A stretch of DNA of 64,000 bases. It comes from Eledone cirrhosa (taxonomy: Eukaryota). Shown in pieces: positions 1 through 12,580 of the stretch. Location of the stretch: positions 44,764,001-44,828,000 of the forward strand of contig OZ024745.1 of the NCBI GenBank assembly GCA_964016885.1. Direction: 5' to 3'. Position 1 is the first letter of the stretch. Each line of letters opens with the position of its first letter. The position numbers and the translations under genes are program-made. The notes under the pieces were generated by a model that was given only the letters and a program-made list of their open reading frames with translations, made no database searches and had not been told where the DNA came from.

Positions 1-3000
1 TATAGTGTTACTGGACAGTCTGGTACTTGGTATATAGTGACACTAGACAGTCTGGTACTTGGTATATAGTGACACTGGACAGTCTGGTAGTTGGTATATA
101 GTGACACTGGACAGTCTGATACTTGGTATATAGTGACACTGGAAGTCTGATACTTGGTATATAGTGACACTAGACAGTCTGGTACTTGGTATATAGTGAC
201 ACTGGACAGTCTGGTACTTGGTATATAGTGACACTAGACAGTCTGGTACTTGGTATATAGTGTTACTGGACAGTCTGGTACTTGGTATATAGTGAAACTA
301 GACAGTCTGGTACTTGGTATATAGTGACACTAGACACTCTGGTACTTGGTATATAGTGACACTGGAAAATCTGGTATTTGGTATATAGTGACAGTAGACA
401 GTCTGGTACTTGGTATATAGTGACACTGGACAGTCTGGTACCTGGTATATAGTGATACTGGACAGTCTGGTACTTGGTATATAGTGACACTGGACAGTCT
501 GGTAGTTGGTATATAGTGACACTGGACAGTCTGATACTTGGTATATAGTGACACTGGACAGTCTGGTACTTGGTATATAGTGACACTGGACAGTCTGATA
601 CTTGGTATATAGTGACACTGGACAGTCTGGTACTTGGTATATAGTGACACTGGACAGTCGGGTACTTGGTATATAGTGACACTGGACAGTCTGATACTTG
701 GTATATAGTGACACTAGACAGTCTGGTACTTGGTATATAGTGACACTGGACAGTCTGGTACTTGGTATATAGTGACACTGGACAGTCTGGTACTTGGTAT
801 ATAGTGACACTGGACAGTCTGGTACTTGGTATATAGTGACACTGGAGAGTCTGATACTTGGTATATAGTGACGCTGGACAGTCTGGTACTTGGTATATAG
901 TGTTACTGGACAGTCTGGTACGTGGTATATAGTGACACTGGTCAGTCGGATACTTGGTATATAGTGACACTGGACAGTCTGATACTTGGTATATAGTGAC
1001 ACTAGCCAGTCTGATACTTGGTATATAGTGACACTGGACAGTCTGGTACTTGGTATATAGTGACACTAGCCAGTCTGATACTTGGTATATAGTGACACTG
1101 GACAGTCTGGTACTTGGTATATAGTGACACTAGACAGTCTGATACTTGGTATATAGTGACACTGGACAGTCTGGTACTTGGTATATAGTGTTACTGGACA
1201 GTCTGGTACTTGGTATATAGTGACACTGGACAGTCTAGTACTTGGTATATAGTGACACTAGACAGTCTGATACTTGGTATATAGTGACACTGGACACTCT
1301 GGTACTTGGTTTATAGTGACACTGGACAGTATGGTACTTGGTATATAGTGACACTAGACAGTCTGGTACTTGGTATATAGTGTTACTGGACAGTCTGGTA
1401 CTTGGTAGATAGTGACACTAGACAGTCTGGTACTTGGTATATAGTGACACTGGACAGTCAGGTAGTTGGTATATAGTGACACTGGACAGTCTGATACTTG
1501 GTATATAGTGACACTGGAAGTCTGATACTTGGTATATAGTGACACTAGACAGTCTGGTACTTGGTATATAGTGACACTGGACAGTCTGGTACTTGGTATA
1601 TAGTAACACTAGACAGTCTGGTACTTGGTATATAGCGTTACTGGACAGTCTGGTACTTGGTATATAGTGACACTAGACAGTCTGGTACTTGGTATATAGT
1701 GACACTAGACAGTCTGGTACTTGGTATATAGTGACACTGGACAGTCTGGTACTTGGTATATAGTGACACTAGACAGTCTGGTACTTGGTATATAGTGACA
1801 CTGGACAGTCTGGTACCTGGTATATAGTGATACTGGACAGTCTGATACTTGGTATATAGTGACACTGGATAGTCTGATACTTGGTATATAGTGACACTGG
1901 ACAGTCTGGTACCTGGTATATAGTGACACTGGACAGTCTGATACTTGGTATATAGTGACACTGGATAGTCTGATACTTGGTATATAGTGACACTGGACAG
2001 TCTGGTACTTGGTATATAGAGACACTGGACAGTCTGATATTGTTATATAGTGACACTGGACAGTCTGGTACTTGGTATATAGTGACACTGGACAGTCTGG
2101 TTCTTGGTATATAGAGACACTAGACAGTCTGGTACTTGGTATATAGTGACACTAGACAGTCTGGTACTTGGTATATAGTGACACTGGACAGTCTGATACT
2201 TGGTATATAGTGACACTGGACAGTCTGGTACTTGGTATATAGTGACACTGGACAGTCTGGTACTTGGTATATAGTGACACTAGACAGTCTGGTACTTGGT
2301 ATATAGTGACACTGGACAGTCTGGTACTTGGTATATAGTGACACTGGACAGTCTGGTACTTGGTATATAGTGACGCTAGACAGTCTAGTACTTGGTATAT
2401 AGTGACACTGGACAGTCCGATACTTGGTATATAGTGACACTGGACAGTCTGGTACTTAGTATATAGTGACACTGGACAGTCTGGTACTTGGTATATAGTG
2501 ACACTAGACAGTCTGGTACTTGGTATATAGTGACACTAGACAGTCTGGTACTTGGTATATAGTGGCACCGGACAGTCTGATACTTAGTATATAGTGACAC
2601 TGGACAGTCTGGTACTTGGTATATAGTGACACTGGAAGTCTTGTACTTGGTATATAGTGACACTAGACAGTCTGGTACTTGGTATATAGTGACACTGGAC
2701 AGTCAGGTACTTTGTATATAGTGACACTGGACAGTCTGATACTTGGTATATAGTGACACTAGACAGTCTGGTACTTGGTATATAGTGACACTGGACAGTC
2801 GGGTACTTGGTATATAGTGACACTGGACAGTCTGATACTTGGTATATAGTGACACTAGACAGTCTGGTACTTGGTATATAGTGACACTGGACAGTCGGGT
2901 ACTTGGTATATAGTGACGCTGGACAGTCGGATACTTGGTATATAGTGACACTGGACAGTGTGATACTTGGTATATAGTGACACTGGACAGTCTGGTACTT

Positions 3001-6000
3001 GGTATATAGTGACACTAGACAGTCTGGTACTTGGTATATAGTGACACTGGACAGTCTGATACTTGGTATATAGTGACAATAGACAGTCTGGTACTTGGTA
3101 TATAGTGACACTAGACAGTCTGGTACTTGGTATATAGTGACACTGGACAATCTGGTATTTGGTATATAGTGACAGTAGACAGTCTGGTACTTGGTATATA
3201 GTGACACTGGACAGTCTGGTACCTGGTATATAGTGATACTGGACAGTCTGGTACTTGGTATATAGTGACACTGGACAGTCTGATACTTGGTATATAGTGA
3301 CACTGGACAGTCTGATACTTGGTATATAGTGACACTGGACAGTCTGGTACTTGGTATATAGTGACACTGGACAGTCTGATACTTGGTATATAGTGACACT
3401 GGACAGTCTGGTACTTGGTATATAGTGACACTGGACAGTCGGGTACTTGGTATATAGTGACACTGGACAGTCTGATACTTGGTATATAGTGACACTAAAC
3501 AGTCTGGTACTTGGTATATAGTGACACTGGACAGTCTGGTACTTGGTATATAGTGACACTGGACAGTCTGGTACTTGGTATATAGTGACACTGGACAGTC
3601 TGGTACTTGGTATATAGTGACACTGGAGAGTCTGATACTTGGTATATAGTGACGCTGGACAGTCTGGTACTTGGTATATAGTGTTACTGGACAGTCTGGT
3701 ACGTGGTATATAGTGACACTGGTCAGTCGGATACTTGGTATATAGTGACACTGGACAGTCTGATACTTGGTATATAGTGACACTAGCCAGTCTGATACTT
3801 GGTATATAGTGACACTGGACAGTCTGGTACTTGGTATATAGTGACACTAGCCAGTCTGATACTTGGTATATAGTGACACTGGACAGTCTTGTACTTGGTA
3901 TATAGTGACACTAGACAGTCTGATACTTGGTATATAGTGACACTGGACAGTCTGGTACTTGGTATATAGTGTTACTGGACAGTCTGGTACTTGGTATATA
4001 GTGACACTGGACAGTCTAGTACTTGGTATATAGTGACACTAGACAGTCTGATACTTGGTATATAGTGACACTGGACACTCTGGTACTTGGTATATAGTGA
4101 CACTGGACAGTATGGTACTTGGTATATAGTGACACTAGACAGTCTGGTACTTGGTATATAGTGTTACTGGACAGTCTGGTACTTGGTAGATAGTGACACT
4201 AGACAGTCTGGTACTTGGTATATAGTGACACTGGACAGTCAGGTAGTTGGTATATAGTGACACTGGACAGTCTGATACTTGGTATATAGTGACACTGGAA
4301 GTCTGATACTTGGTATATAGTGACACTAGACAGTGTGGTACTTGGTATATAGTGACACTGGACAGTCTGGTACTTGGTATATAGTAACACTAGACAGTCT
4401 GGTACTTGGTATATAGCGTTACTGGACAGTCTGGTACTTGGTATATAGTGACACTAGACAGTCTGGTACTTGGTATATAGTGACACTAGACAGTCTGGTA
4501 CTTGGTATATAGTGACACTGGACAGTCTGGTACTTGGTATATAGTGACACTAGACAGTCTGGTACTTGTTATATAGTGACACTGGACAGTCTGGTACCTG
4601 GTATATAGTGATACTGGACAGTCTGATACTTGGTATATAGTGACACTGGATAGTCTGATACTTGGTATATAGTGACACTGGACAGTCTGGTACCTGGTAT
4701 ATAGTGACACTGGACAGTCTGATACTTGGTATATAGTGACACTGGATAGTCTGATACTTGGTATATAGTGACACTGGACAGTCTGGTACTTGGTATATAG
4801 AGACACTGGACAGTCTGATATTGTTATATAGTGACACTGGACAGTCTGGTACTTGGTATATAGTGACACTGGACAGTCTGGTTCTTGGTATATAGAGACA
4901 CTAGACAGTCTGGTACTTGGTATATAGTGACACTAGACAGTCTGGTACTTGGTATATAGTGACACTGGACAGTCTGATACTTGGTATATAGTGACACTGG
5001 ACAGTCTGGTACTTGGTATATAGTGACACTGGACAGTCTGGTACTTGGTATATAGTGACACTAGACAGTCTGGTACTTGGTATATAGTGACACTGGACAG
5101 TCTGGTACTTGGTATATAGTGACACTGGACAGTCTGGTACTTGGTATATAGTGACACTAGACAGTCTAGTACTTGGTATATAGTGACACTGGACAGTCCG
5201 ATACTTGGTATATAGTGACACTGGACAGTCTGGTACTTAGTATATAGTGACACTGGACAGTCTGGTACTTGGTATATAGTGACACTAGACAGTCTGGTAC
5301 TTGGTATATAGTGACACTAGACAGTCTGGTACTTGGTATATAGTGGCACCGGACAGTCTGATACTTAGTATATAGTGACACTGGACAGTCTGGTACTTGG
5401 TATATAGTGACACTGGAAGTCTTGTACTTGGTATATAGTGACACTAGACAGTCTGGTACTTGGTATATAGTGACACTGGACAGTCAGGTACTTTGTATAT
5501 AGTGACACTGGACAGTCTGATACTTGGTATATAGTGACACTAGACAGTCTGGTACTTGGTATATAGTGACACTGGACAGTCGGGTACTTGGTATATAGTG
5601 ACACTGGACAGTCTGATACTTGGTATATAGTGACACTAGACAGTCTGGTACTTGGTATATAGTGACACTGGACAGTCGGGTACTTGGTATATAGTGACGC
5701 TGGACAGTCGGATACTTGGTATATAGTGACACTGGACAGTGTGATACTTGGTATATAGTGACACTGGACAGTCTGGTACTTGGTATATAGTGACACTAGA
5801 CAGTCTGGTACTTGGTATATAGTGACACTGGACAGTCTGATACTTGGTATATAGTGACAATAGACAGTCTGGCATTTGGTATATAGTGACACTGGACAGT
5901 CTGATACTTGGTATATAGTGACACTAGACAGTCTGGTACTTGGTATATAGTGACACTAGACAGTCTGTTACTTGGTATATAGTGACACTGGACAGTCTGG

Positions 6001-6860
6001 TAGTTGTTATATAGTGACACTGGACAGTCTGGTTCTTGGTATATAGAGACACTAGACAGTTTGGTACTTGGTATATAGTGACACTAGACAGTCTGGTACT
6101 TGGTATATAGTGACACTAGACAGTCTGGTACTTGGTATATAGTGACACTGGACAGTCTGATACTTGGTATATAGTGACACTGGACAGTCTGGTACTTGGT
6201 ATATAGTGACACTGGACAGTCTGGTACTTGGTATATAGTGACACTAGACAGTCTGGTACTTGGTATATAGTGACACTGGACAGTCTGGTATTTGGTAGAT
6301 AGTGACACTGGACAGTCTGGTACTTGGTATATAGTGACACTAGACAGTCTAGTATTTGGTATATATTGACACTGGACAGTCTGACAGTTGGTATATAGTG
6401 ACACTGGACAGTCTTGTACTTGGTATATAGTGTTACTGGACAGTCTGGTAATTGGTATATAGTGACACTGGACAGTCTGATACTTGGTATATAGTGGCAC
6501 TCTGACAGTCTGGTACATGGTATATAGTGACACTGGACAGTCTGGTACTTGGTATATAGTGACACTAGACAGTCTGGTACTTGGTATATAGTGACACTGG
6601 ACAGTCTGATAGTTGGTATATAGTGACACTGGACAGTCTTGTACTTGGTATATAGTGTTACTGGACAGTCTGGTAATTGGTATATAGTGACACTGGACAG
6701 TCTGATACTTGGTATATAGTGACACTCTGACAGTCTGGTACTTGGTATATAGTGACATTGGACAGTCTGGTACTTGGTATATAGTGTTACTGGACAGTCT
6801 GGTACTTGGTATATAGTGTTACTGGACAGTCTGGTAATCGGTATATAGTGACACTGGACA
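1..6860. repeat. 32-bp tandem satellite, consensus GTGACACTGGACAGTCTGGTACTTGGTATATA, ~214 copies, runs off the left edge
   Basis: 32-bp periodicity is directly visible. It ends abruptly at ...ACACTGGACA|CACCTCC. Confidence 0.98.
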
Positions 6861-8158
6861 CACCTCCACTGTGATGCCATCCAGGCCGGTTGCCTTCCCG
6901 AGTTTAAGGTGTTTCATAGCTGCATGCAGCTCTTCCATGTTAAATGGTTCAAAGTTCTCGTTAGAGTTGTGCATGGCACGGTTCATGTCCTGTTTAATTT
7001 CCCTTAAGTATCCCCTTTCTCTATTCTTGGGCTTACCGTTGAGTAGCAGTTGGTGTGCCACTTCGTGTGAGGTAACGGCAGCTATTCTTGGTTGTGGTTT
7101 CTTTTCAGAGCTTAATTTTTTGATGGTTGCCCAGGTGTTTTTGCTGTTATGAGTCATATCGATGTTGGTTATGACTTCTTGCCAGCACTCTTTCTTTTCA
7201 TTGTTGATCGAGGCTGTCAGGATCTCTCCAAGCTCCATGGTGTTTATGGCAAATGGGTCGTCATTATACGCCTGGACGTACTCCTGTACATTTCTTTGTT
7301 TTGCTCATTGAGTCCTGGGATGTAAGACTTCCTGCAGCCTCTTGGGATATTTTTCTTTGCGACCTCCCACACCAGTGTTTGGAAGTCATCATACTGCAGT
7401 GGGTTTGGACGGATGTTGGGGATCCCAGTTTCTAGGTCTAATGTGAAGTTCTCCCATTTAGCCTTACAGAAGTTAAACCTGGTCTGATAACAGGTTTTAT
7501 TTCGATAACCATCGGTCGGTGTTGGGACTTAGGTATTGGGTCACCAATTAATTTGTCAAAATTCTGGTAGTGTCTAGATAATATGAAAGCTAGGTCGGGG
7601 TTATATCCTCTCCTCCAGCGCGCACTTTGGAAGGATGCATTGTCTTTTGCCTCGTGCATAATTGTGAAGTTGTGGGTAATGGCCCCTTCCTCCATTGCTT
7701 CCCCGTCATTATTAGTGTGGTTGTAACCCCAGGTGGTATTGTGGCTATTAAAGTCTCCAACAGCAAGCTGTTACTAAGCTGGTGATACAGTGGCCACATG
7801 AAGGGGTTGGTGGAGGTTTATATACCGACACAATGTTTAGGTGTTCTGTGTCTACTTGCAGGATCTCCAGCCCTCCGTCGGAGAGGTCTCTGCTATTTTG
7901 GATAGCAGATTTGTCATGTGCGTATATTGCACTTCCATGGACTGGGCTCGGGTGAGAAATAATTAGGTGCATGCCTGGTATTCTTGGTGGCACCAATTCC
8001 TTGTGTGTCTCCTGAAGGCATACTATATCAGCGTCTAGGGGCTGAGGGTTTATCCTTTTACCACCCCTAGGTGTTGGGTACGGCGTTGTGCATGTTGTAA
8101 TGTTCGGTCTTCTTTCGGATTAACAGGGGCACCATGGGAAGGTACATTACATGCTCCC
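6861..8158 (-). mobile_element. Degenerate I-group (Ingi/Vingi-like) LINE, 5' portion: 5' UTR, APE endonuclease and start of RT; cut off by the satellite
   Basis: Minus-strand frames give DIVCLQETH, SVYKPP, GDFNSHNTTWG, SFQSARWRRGYNPDL and PFNMEELHAAMKHLKLGKATGLDGI, with frameshifts. Clade call is from motif recognition only. Confidence 0.85.
8096..8158 (-). ncRNA. HDV-like self-cleaving ribozyme candidate at LINE 5' end
   Basis: Minus strand: P1 GGGAGC/GCCCCU (G1-U wobble, one A-C mismatch), P2 UGUAAUGU/ACAUUACA, P3 ACC/GGU, L3 UUCCCAU, G for P1.1, weak P4, J4/2 CCGA. Confidence 0.72.
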
Positions 8159-9258
8159 TGTATTTGCATGAAGTCTCAGGTATAAGGTTGACCTAAACAG
8201 TAATTTTTACAGCCTTAGTAATGATTATGAGTGCTACCTATCCTCTTTTGACTAAACCATTATCCCTTTTTATACTAAATTTGCCTGAAACCATTCTAGG
8301 TTTATGCAAAAACTACTCATTTAAAAATTATATTAAATCCTTCCATCATAATTTCATTTAAGAAAGTGTTGTTTAGTAAATAACAGCTTTCTAATGAAAA
8401 ACATTTTTCTTTTCTCAAATTCTTCCTAATTCTTTTTTTTTATTTGTTAATTTCAAAATTAATTGAAGCCCATGGATAGAATATTTTATAAAAAATACAA
8501 TAATTGAAGGGTTAAAAAAAAATATTGGTACATGACTGTCTCTTTTAGAATGGTGCTAGCTTCCCATGGTGTAATGAAAATAATTGCAGGAATAATTTTT
8601 TAATTTAAGCTTTTATCTGGCTAACACACGGTTCATTTCTCACTGTTGTTCTTACTCTTGGTGATTATCATTAAATTCTTATCAGCCAGAATACTCTTAG
8701 TCTAAAATTCTTTTCTCACATATGGTTCCTGGCAAATGTTACTTGTTTAATAGAAAAGCTGGTTCACAAACCATAGATATCAGCATGTAGGTGTCATGGT
8801 GTGATATTTCAATCATTATTTTAAATTTTAATGCATTCTATTATTAATTTGTAACTGATTCCTCTTGTAAGGTTAGGGATGTATCAGTAGATACAGCAGT
8901 ATAAGAGTGGTGGTGGTGATGGTGATGGGTATTACAATGAGGTAGATAGATAGATGTAGAAATGGTGTTCTCTGCAGCATCATATTGATTTCTTACTCAC
9001 ACAAAGCTTCATGGTATTCCTGTCTTTCTTGGGGGCATTAAAAGTATAAATGAAATGATGTAGTTATAACTGAGAATCAAACCTCTGTCACAACTTGCCT
9101 TGCCAACAACTTACTTTATACTCTACACTTTCGTGCTACAAATAGGTGTCTATGGCAAAATTGTGAACTCCCGTCTAACCCCTGCTAGCACGGAAGATAG
9201 ACGGATAGGACTATCTGGCAGGTTTTCTATGGCTGGATGTCCTACACGGATATATATT

Positions 9259-9301
<43 letters not shown>

Positions 9302-9307
<6 letters not shown>

Positions 9308-9379
9308 CCCCCAAAATATATACATATATCTATTAGAATGCGGTTGAAGTGTGTAGATATTTTTGGGGGACATCCTGTA
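9302..9379. mobile_element. Tiny Tc1/mariner-like MITE remnant
   Basis: Imperfect inverted ends CCCCCAAAATATATACA / TGTAGATATTTTTGGGGGACATCCTG-TA in a TA context. Confidence 0.45.
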
Positions 9380-10017
9380 TATATAAAACCTATACAAACT
9401 ATAGAAGTGCTGGGTAATATGAAAATATTTGAGAAATGTAGGAATCCCAAATGCAGATAATAACTGTAATAACAGTCGATTGCTATAAATAATAGCTTAG
9501 AAAATTGGATAAAATATGCCTATGTATAGAAAAAGGTGGCTGCTATGTAATGGCTGCTGGGCACTTTATCGATCCAAAGTGGTATTTTACCTGATTTTTA
9601 TAGCTATTATTTATAGCAATCTACAGTTATCATCATCTTTATTTAATGTCTGCTTTCCCTGCTATTAGTAGACAGAAAGTGTACTGAAGTCCACTACATC
9701 ATCAATTTACATTCACTTTCCTTGTTGGGATGGGCTTGACAGGTTGTCACGGTCGGAGCTGGTTCTCATTTGGAGCTATTGCCCTTCTGGATGAGTCTGG
9801 ATGAGTCGGAGGACCATGTTGTGCTTAAATGTTTCATTTTTAGTGTGATTTCCATGTTGGATTGGCTTGTAGTTTTTTCTCATTTTACAATAATATTTGA
9901 ACATTATCCTGACCAAACTCCATTCCTATATCCTTTGAGAAGGTCGTAACCAGGTCAAGATTTTTCTTCATTGAATTATGTTCTTGTTATAGAGTTTCAG
10001 GTCCTCCACAAAGAAAT

Positions 10018-10276
10018 TATGTATGTATGTTCATATGTATGTATGTATATTCATATGTATGTTCATATGTATGTATGTATATTCATATGTATGTATGTTC
10101 ATATGTATGTATGTATATTCATATGTATGTATGTTCATAGGACAAGTTGTGATATAAAATTAAATTTATTCACTACAACAATTATAAATTAATTCAATTG
10201 TGTGTATGTATGTATGTATGTATGTATGTATGTATGTATGTATGTATGTATGTATGTATGTATGTATGTATGTATG
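10018..10276. repeat. Compound (TATG)n / TTCATATG microsatellite and pure (TATG)n
   Basis: Visible directly. Confidence 0.9.
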
Positions 10277-10888
10277 TCAGGTCACCAGTTGGTGCTACTG
10301 GTAACATGTATCGCAGTACAACCTGTCCCATGGTTGGGTCGTTGGCGACTAAACTGGCAACCCCCACCAAGGTTTCTTGGTGAGGAGGGTGACTTTGGAC
10401 ATCCTGCAGGACTAAAAACAAAACCTGTCAAAAGGGCAAAGGAGCTCTTAAGAGTCAATGGCCATCCAAAATCACCGGGAGAGATGACCCCTTAGCCTTC
10501 TAGGCAGAATTCTAGGAGAAGGAAAACTCTGATATAACACCTGCAACCCTGATGGTATCCAATGATGTTGACTTGTTCTTCTTTTTGGTAAATATCATCT
10601 TGGGTTAAGAGAGTGGGACTGGCTTTGTGCAGTGCCTTTGCTCACTATAAAAGCTTCACGGCACAGGCATTGCTTTATATCTGGAGATCTCTCTGCACTT
10701 GTCGTCACATGGTACCATGGGCCCAGCACTATGTGTCAATAATTGTCACAAGTGTAGTGTTTGTACCAGAGTTTTCAAGTCGCTGGCTGGACTAAAAAGT
10801 CACACTCGTTCAGTGCATCGGTAGGGGTTCTCCTACATGGATATAAAGTAGTGGCCGTACTCGAAAACGAGTTGGCAGCCACCATGTT
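10277..10888 (+). mobile_element. Bipartite non-autonomous RTE derivative: 5' UTR fused to the extreme 3' end
   Basis: RTE-type 5' UTR motif CTAGGAGAAGGAAAACTCTGA. 10747-10824 encodes HKCSVCTRVFKSLAGLKSHTRSVHR* (C-terminal C2H2 of RTE ORF). 3' hairpin ACTCGAAAACGAGT is followed by a TATG tail. Confidence 0.7.
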
Positions 10889-11120
10889 CATGTGTACATA
10901 TGTATGTATGTATATTCATATGTATGTATGTTCATATGTATGTATGTATATTCATATGTATGTATGTTCATATGTATGTATGTATGTATATTCATATGTA
11001 TGTATGTTCATATGTACGTATGTATGTATGTATATTCATATGTATGTATGTTCATATGTTCATATGTATGTATATTCATATGTATGTTCATATATATGTT
11101 CATATGTATGTACATATGTA
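10889..11120. repeat. Compound TATG/TTCATATG microsatellite (tail of the upstream element)
   Basis: Visible directly; same compound unit as 10018-10138. Confidence 0.88.
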
Positions 11121-11699
11121 CTTACACATGAAAATCAATACAAACACGTTATCTGAAATGGTTATTAAAGAGGGACAAAAGAAAGCAAAGAAAATAAAAA
11201 TAAAAAAAAGAAATGATCTGTGGGAATTAATGAAATCAATGTTATAGAACTGAATACAGATTGAAGAATAAAACAACAGATCAACAGTTGAAAGACTGGG
11301 ATTAACGAGAAAGCTTAAGACTGTTGGTAAAAGCTAAATACATGTACACATATGCACATGAATACGTATATACGTTCTTCTTCAAAATTAATATTCTTAA
11401 TAAAATAATATCCAGCCACAAAGTGCTAAATCTCTTTTTCAGAGTCTAGACAATATTAGTAATTTTTCTATACATGAAAGTATGAGTATATATCATCATC
11501 ATCATCATCACCACCATCACTGCTGCCGCCGCGGCTGCAACAACCACCACCACCACCTCTGTATGCCTATTTTCTATGCTTGTAAGGGTTAGACAGGGTG
11601 TCATCCTCTGAAGTTAGACAGGTCAGATGGCCAGGACTTGCTCATATGTTCTATTTTGGCATGGTTTCCTAACATTAACCACTTCATGGTATGCACCAG

Positions 11700-11751
<52 letters not shown>

Positions 11752-11756
<5 letters not shown>

Positions 11757-12008
11757 TGTAGGTGTCACGAGAAAAAAACACACAGTCCACGCTGTAATGT
11801 GGCCGTGTAGGTAACACGGTAAAAAGTTCCCAGTTCCACACTGTAAATGTGGTTGGTGTTAGGAAGGGCATCCAGCCGTAGAAAACCTGCCAGATAGTCC
11901 TATATGAGCGAGACACGGTCACCCGACCAACCTTGTCTCAAGTGGGCCAACTCCCGTCTAACCCATGCTAGCGTGGAAAATGGATGTTAAACGAAGATGA
12001 TGATGATA
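11752..12008 (+). mobile_element. RTE 3' UTR fragment with (GAT)n tail
   Basis: Reverse complement of 17800-18055: GGTTGGTGTTAGGAAGGGCATCCAGCCGTAGAAA...GTTAAACGAAGATGATG. Confidence 0.88.
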
Positions 12009-12089
12009 TATATATATATACCAAATTGTGGACTAGCATGAACAAGACCACCAAAACACTGCAATATGGCTAGGTACAATAAAGGCAGT

Positions 12090-12580
12090 CATACTGCATT
12101 ATCCCTCATGCAGCTTGGAGTTCCACTGAAGCATGTGGAGAAATTCAAATATCTTGGGTTTGTGTTCATGAGTGATGGATGGCAGCAGGCTGAATAAAGT
12201 GCAAGAATTGCAGGAGCTGGTGCAGTAATGAGCCAGCTTCAGTATTCGGTAATCAGAAGTATGGAGGTGGGTGTAAAAGTAACACTTGCTATCTTCAATT
12301 TGGTATCCATGCCAACCTTTACCTATGGCTATGAATCTTGGGTAATGGCTGAAATAATATGATTGCGAATAATAGCAGCCAAAATGAGGTTACTCCAAAG
12401 AGTCTTTGGAGTAATGTTACTCGATAGAACGCATAGCTTGGAGATCAGAAAGTCATTCCAAGTAGAACTGCTACTTTTCTGAATTGAGAGATCACAGTTC
12501 TGATATTACAGATATGTGGTTAGAATGTCTCAGTAAAGAATTGCTGGACAGATTTTACATGCAAAACAAACCAGCAGGAG
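12090..12580 (+). pseudogene. Degenerate RTE (Rex3/Expander-like) RT C-terminal fragment
   Basis: Translates to VEKFKYLGFVF..., PTFTYGYESWVM..., IERSQ, with several stops. Confidence 0.75.

Noticed and set aside
43-6880. Long minus-strand ORFs (up to 399 aa) of SLYTKYQTVQCHYIPSTRLSSVTIYQVPDCPV repeats
   Set aside because: Consequence of a stop-poor 32-bp monomer read through all three frames. 1-bp indels are tolerated and there is no unique coding context.
10315-10395. Twister or HDV ribozyme in the RTE 5' UTR (TGTCCCA...GGAGGG; CTAA)
   Set aside because: Required elements (twister AAGC loop; HDV P1/P3/L3 order) could not be placed. Kept only as an unclassified structure.
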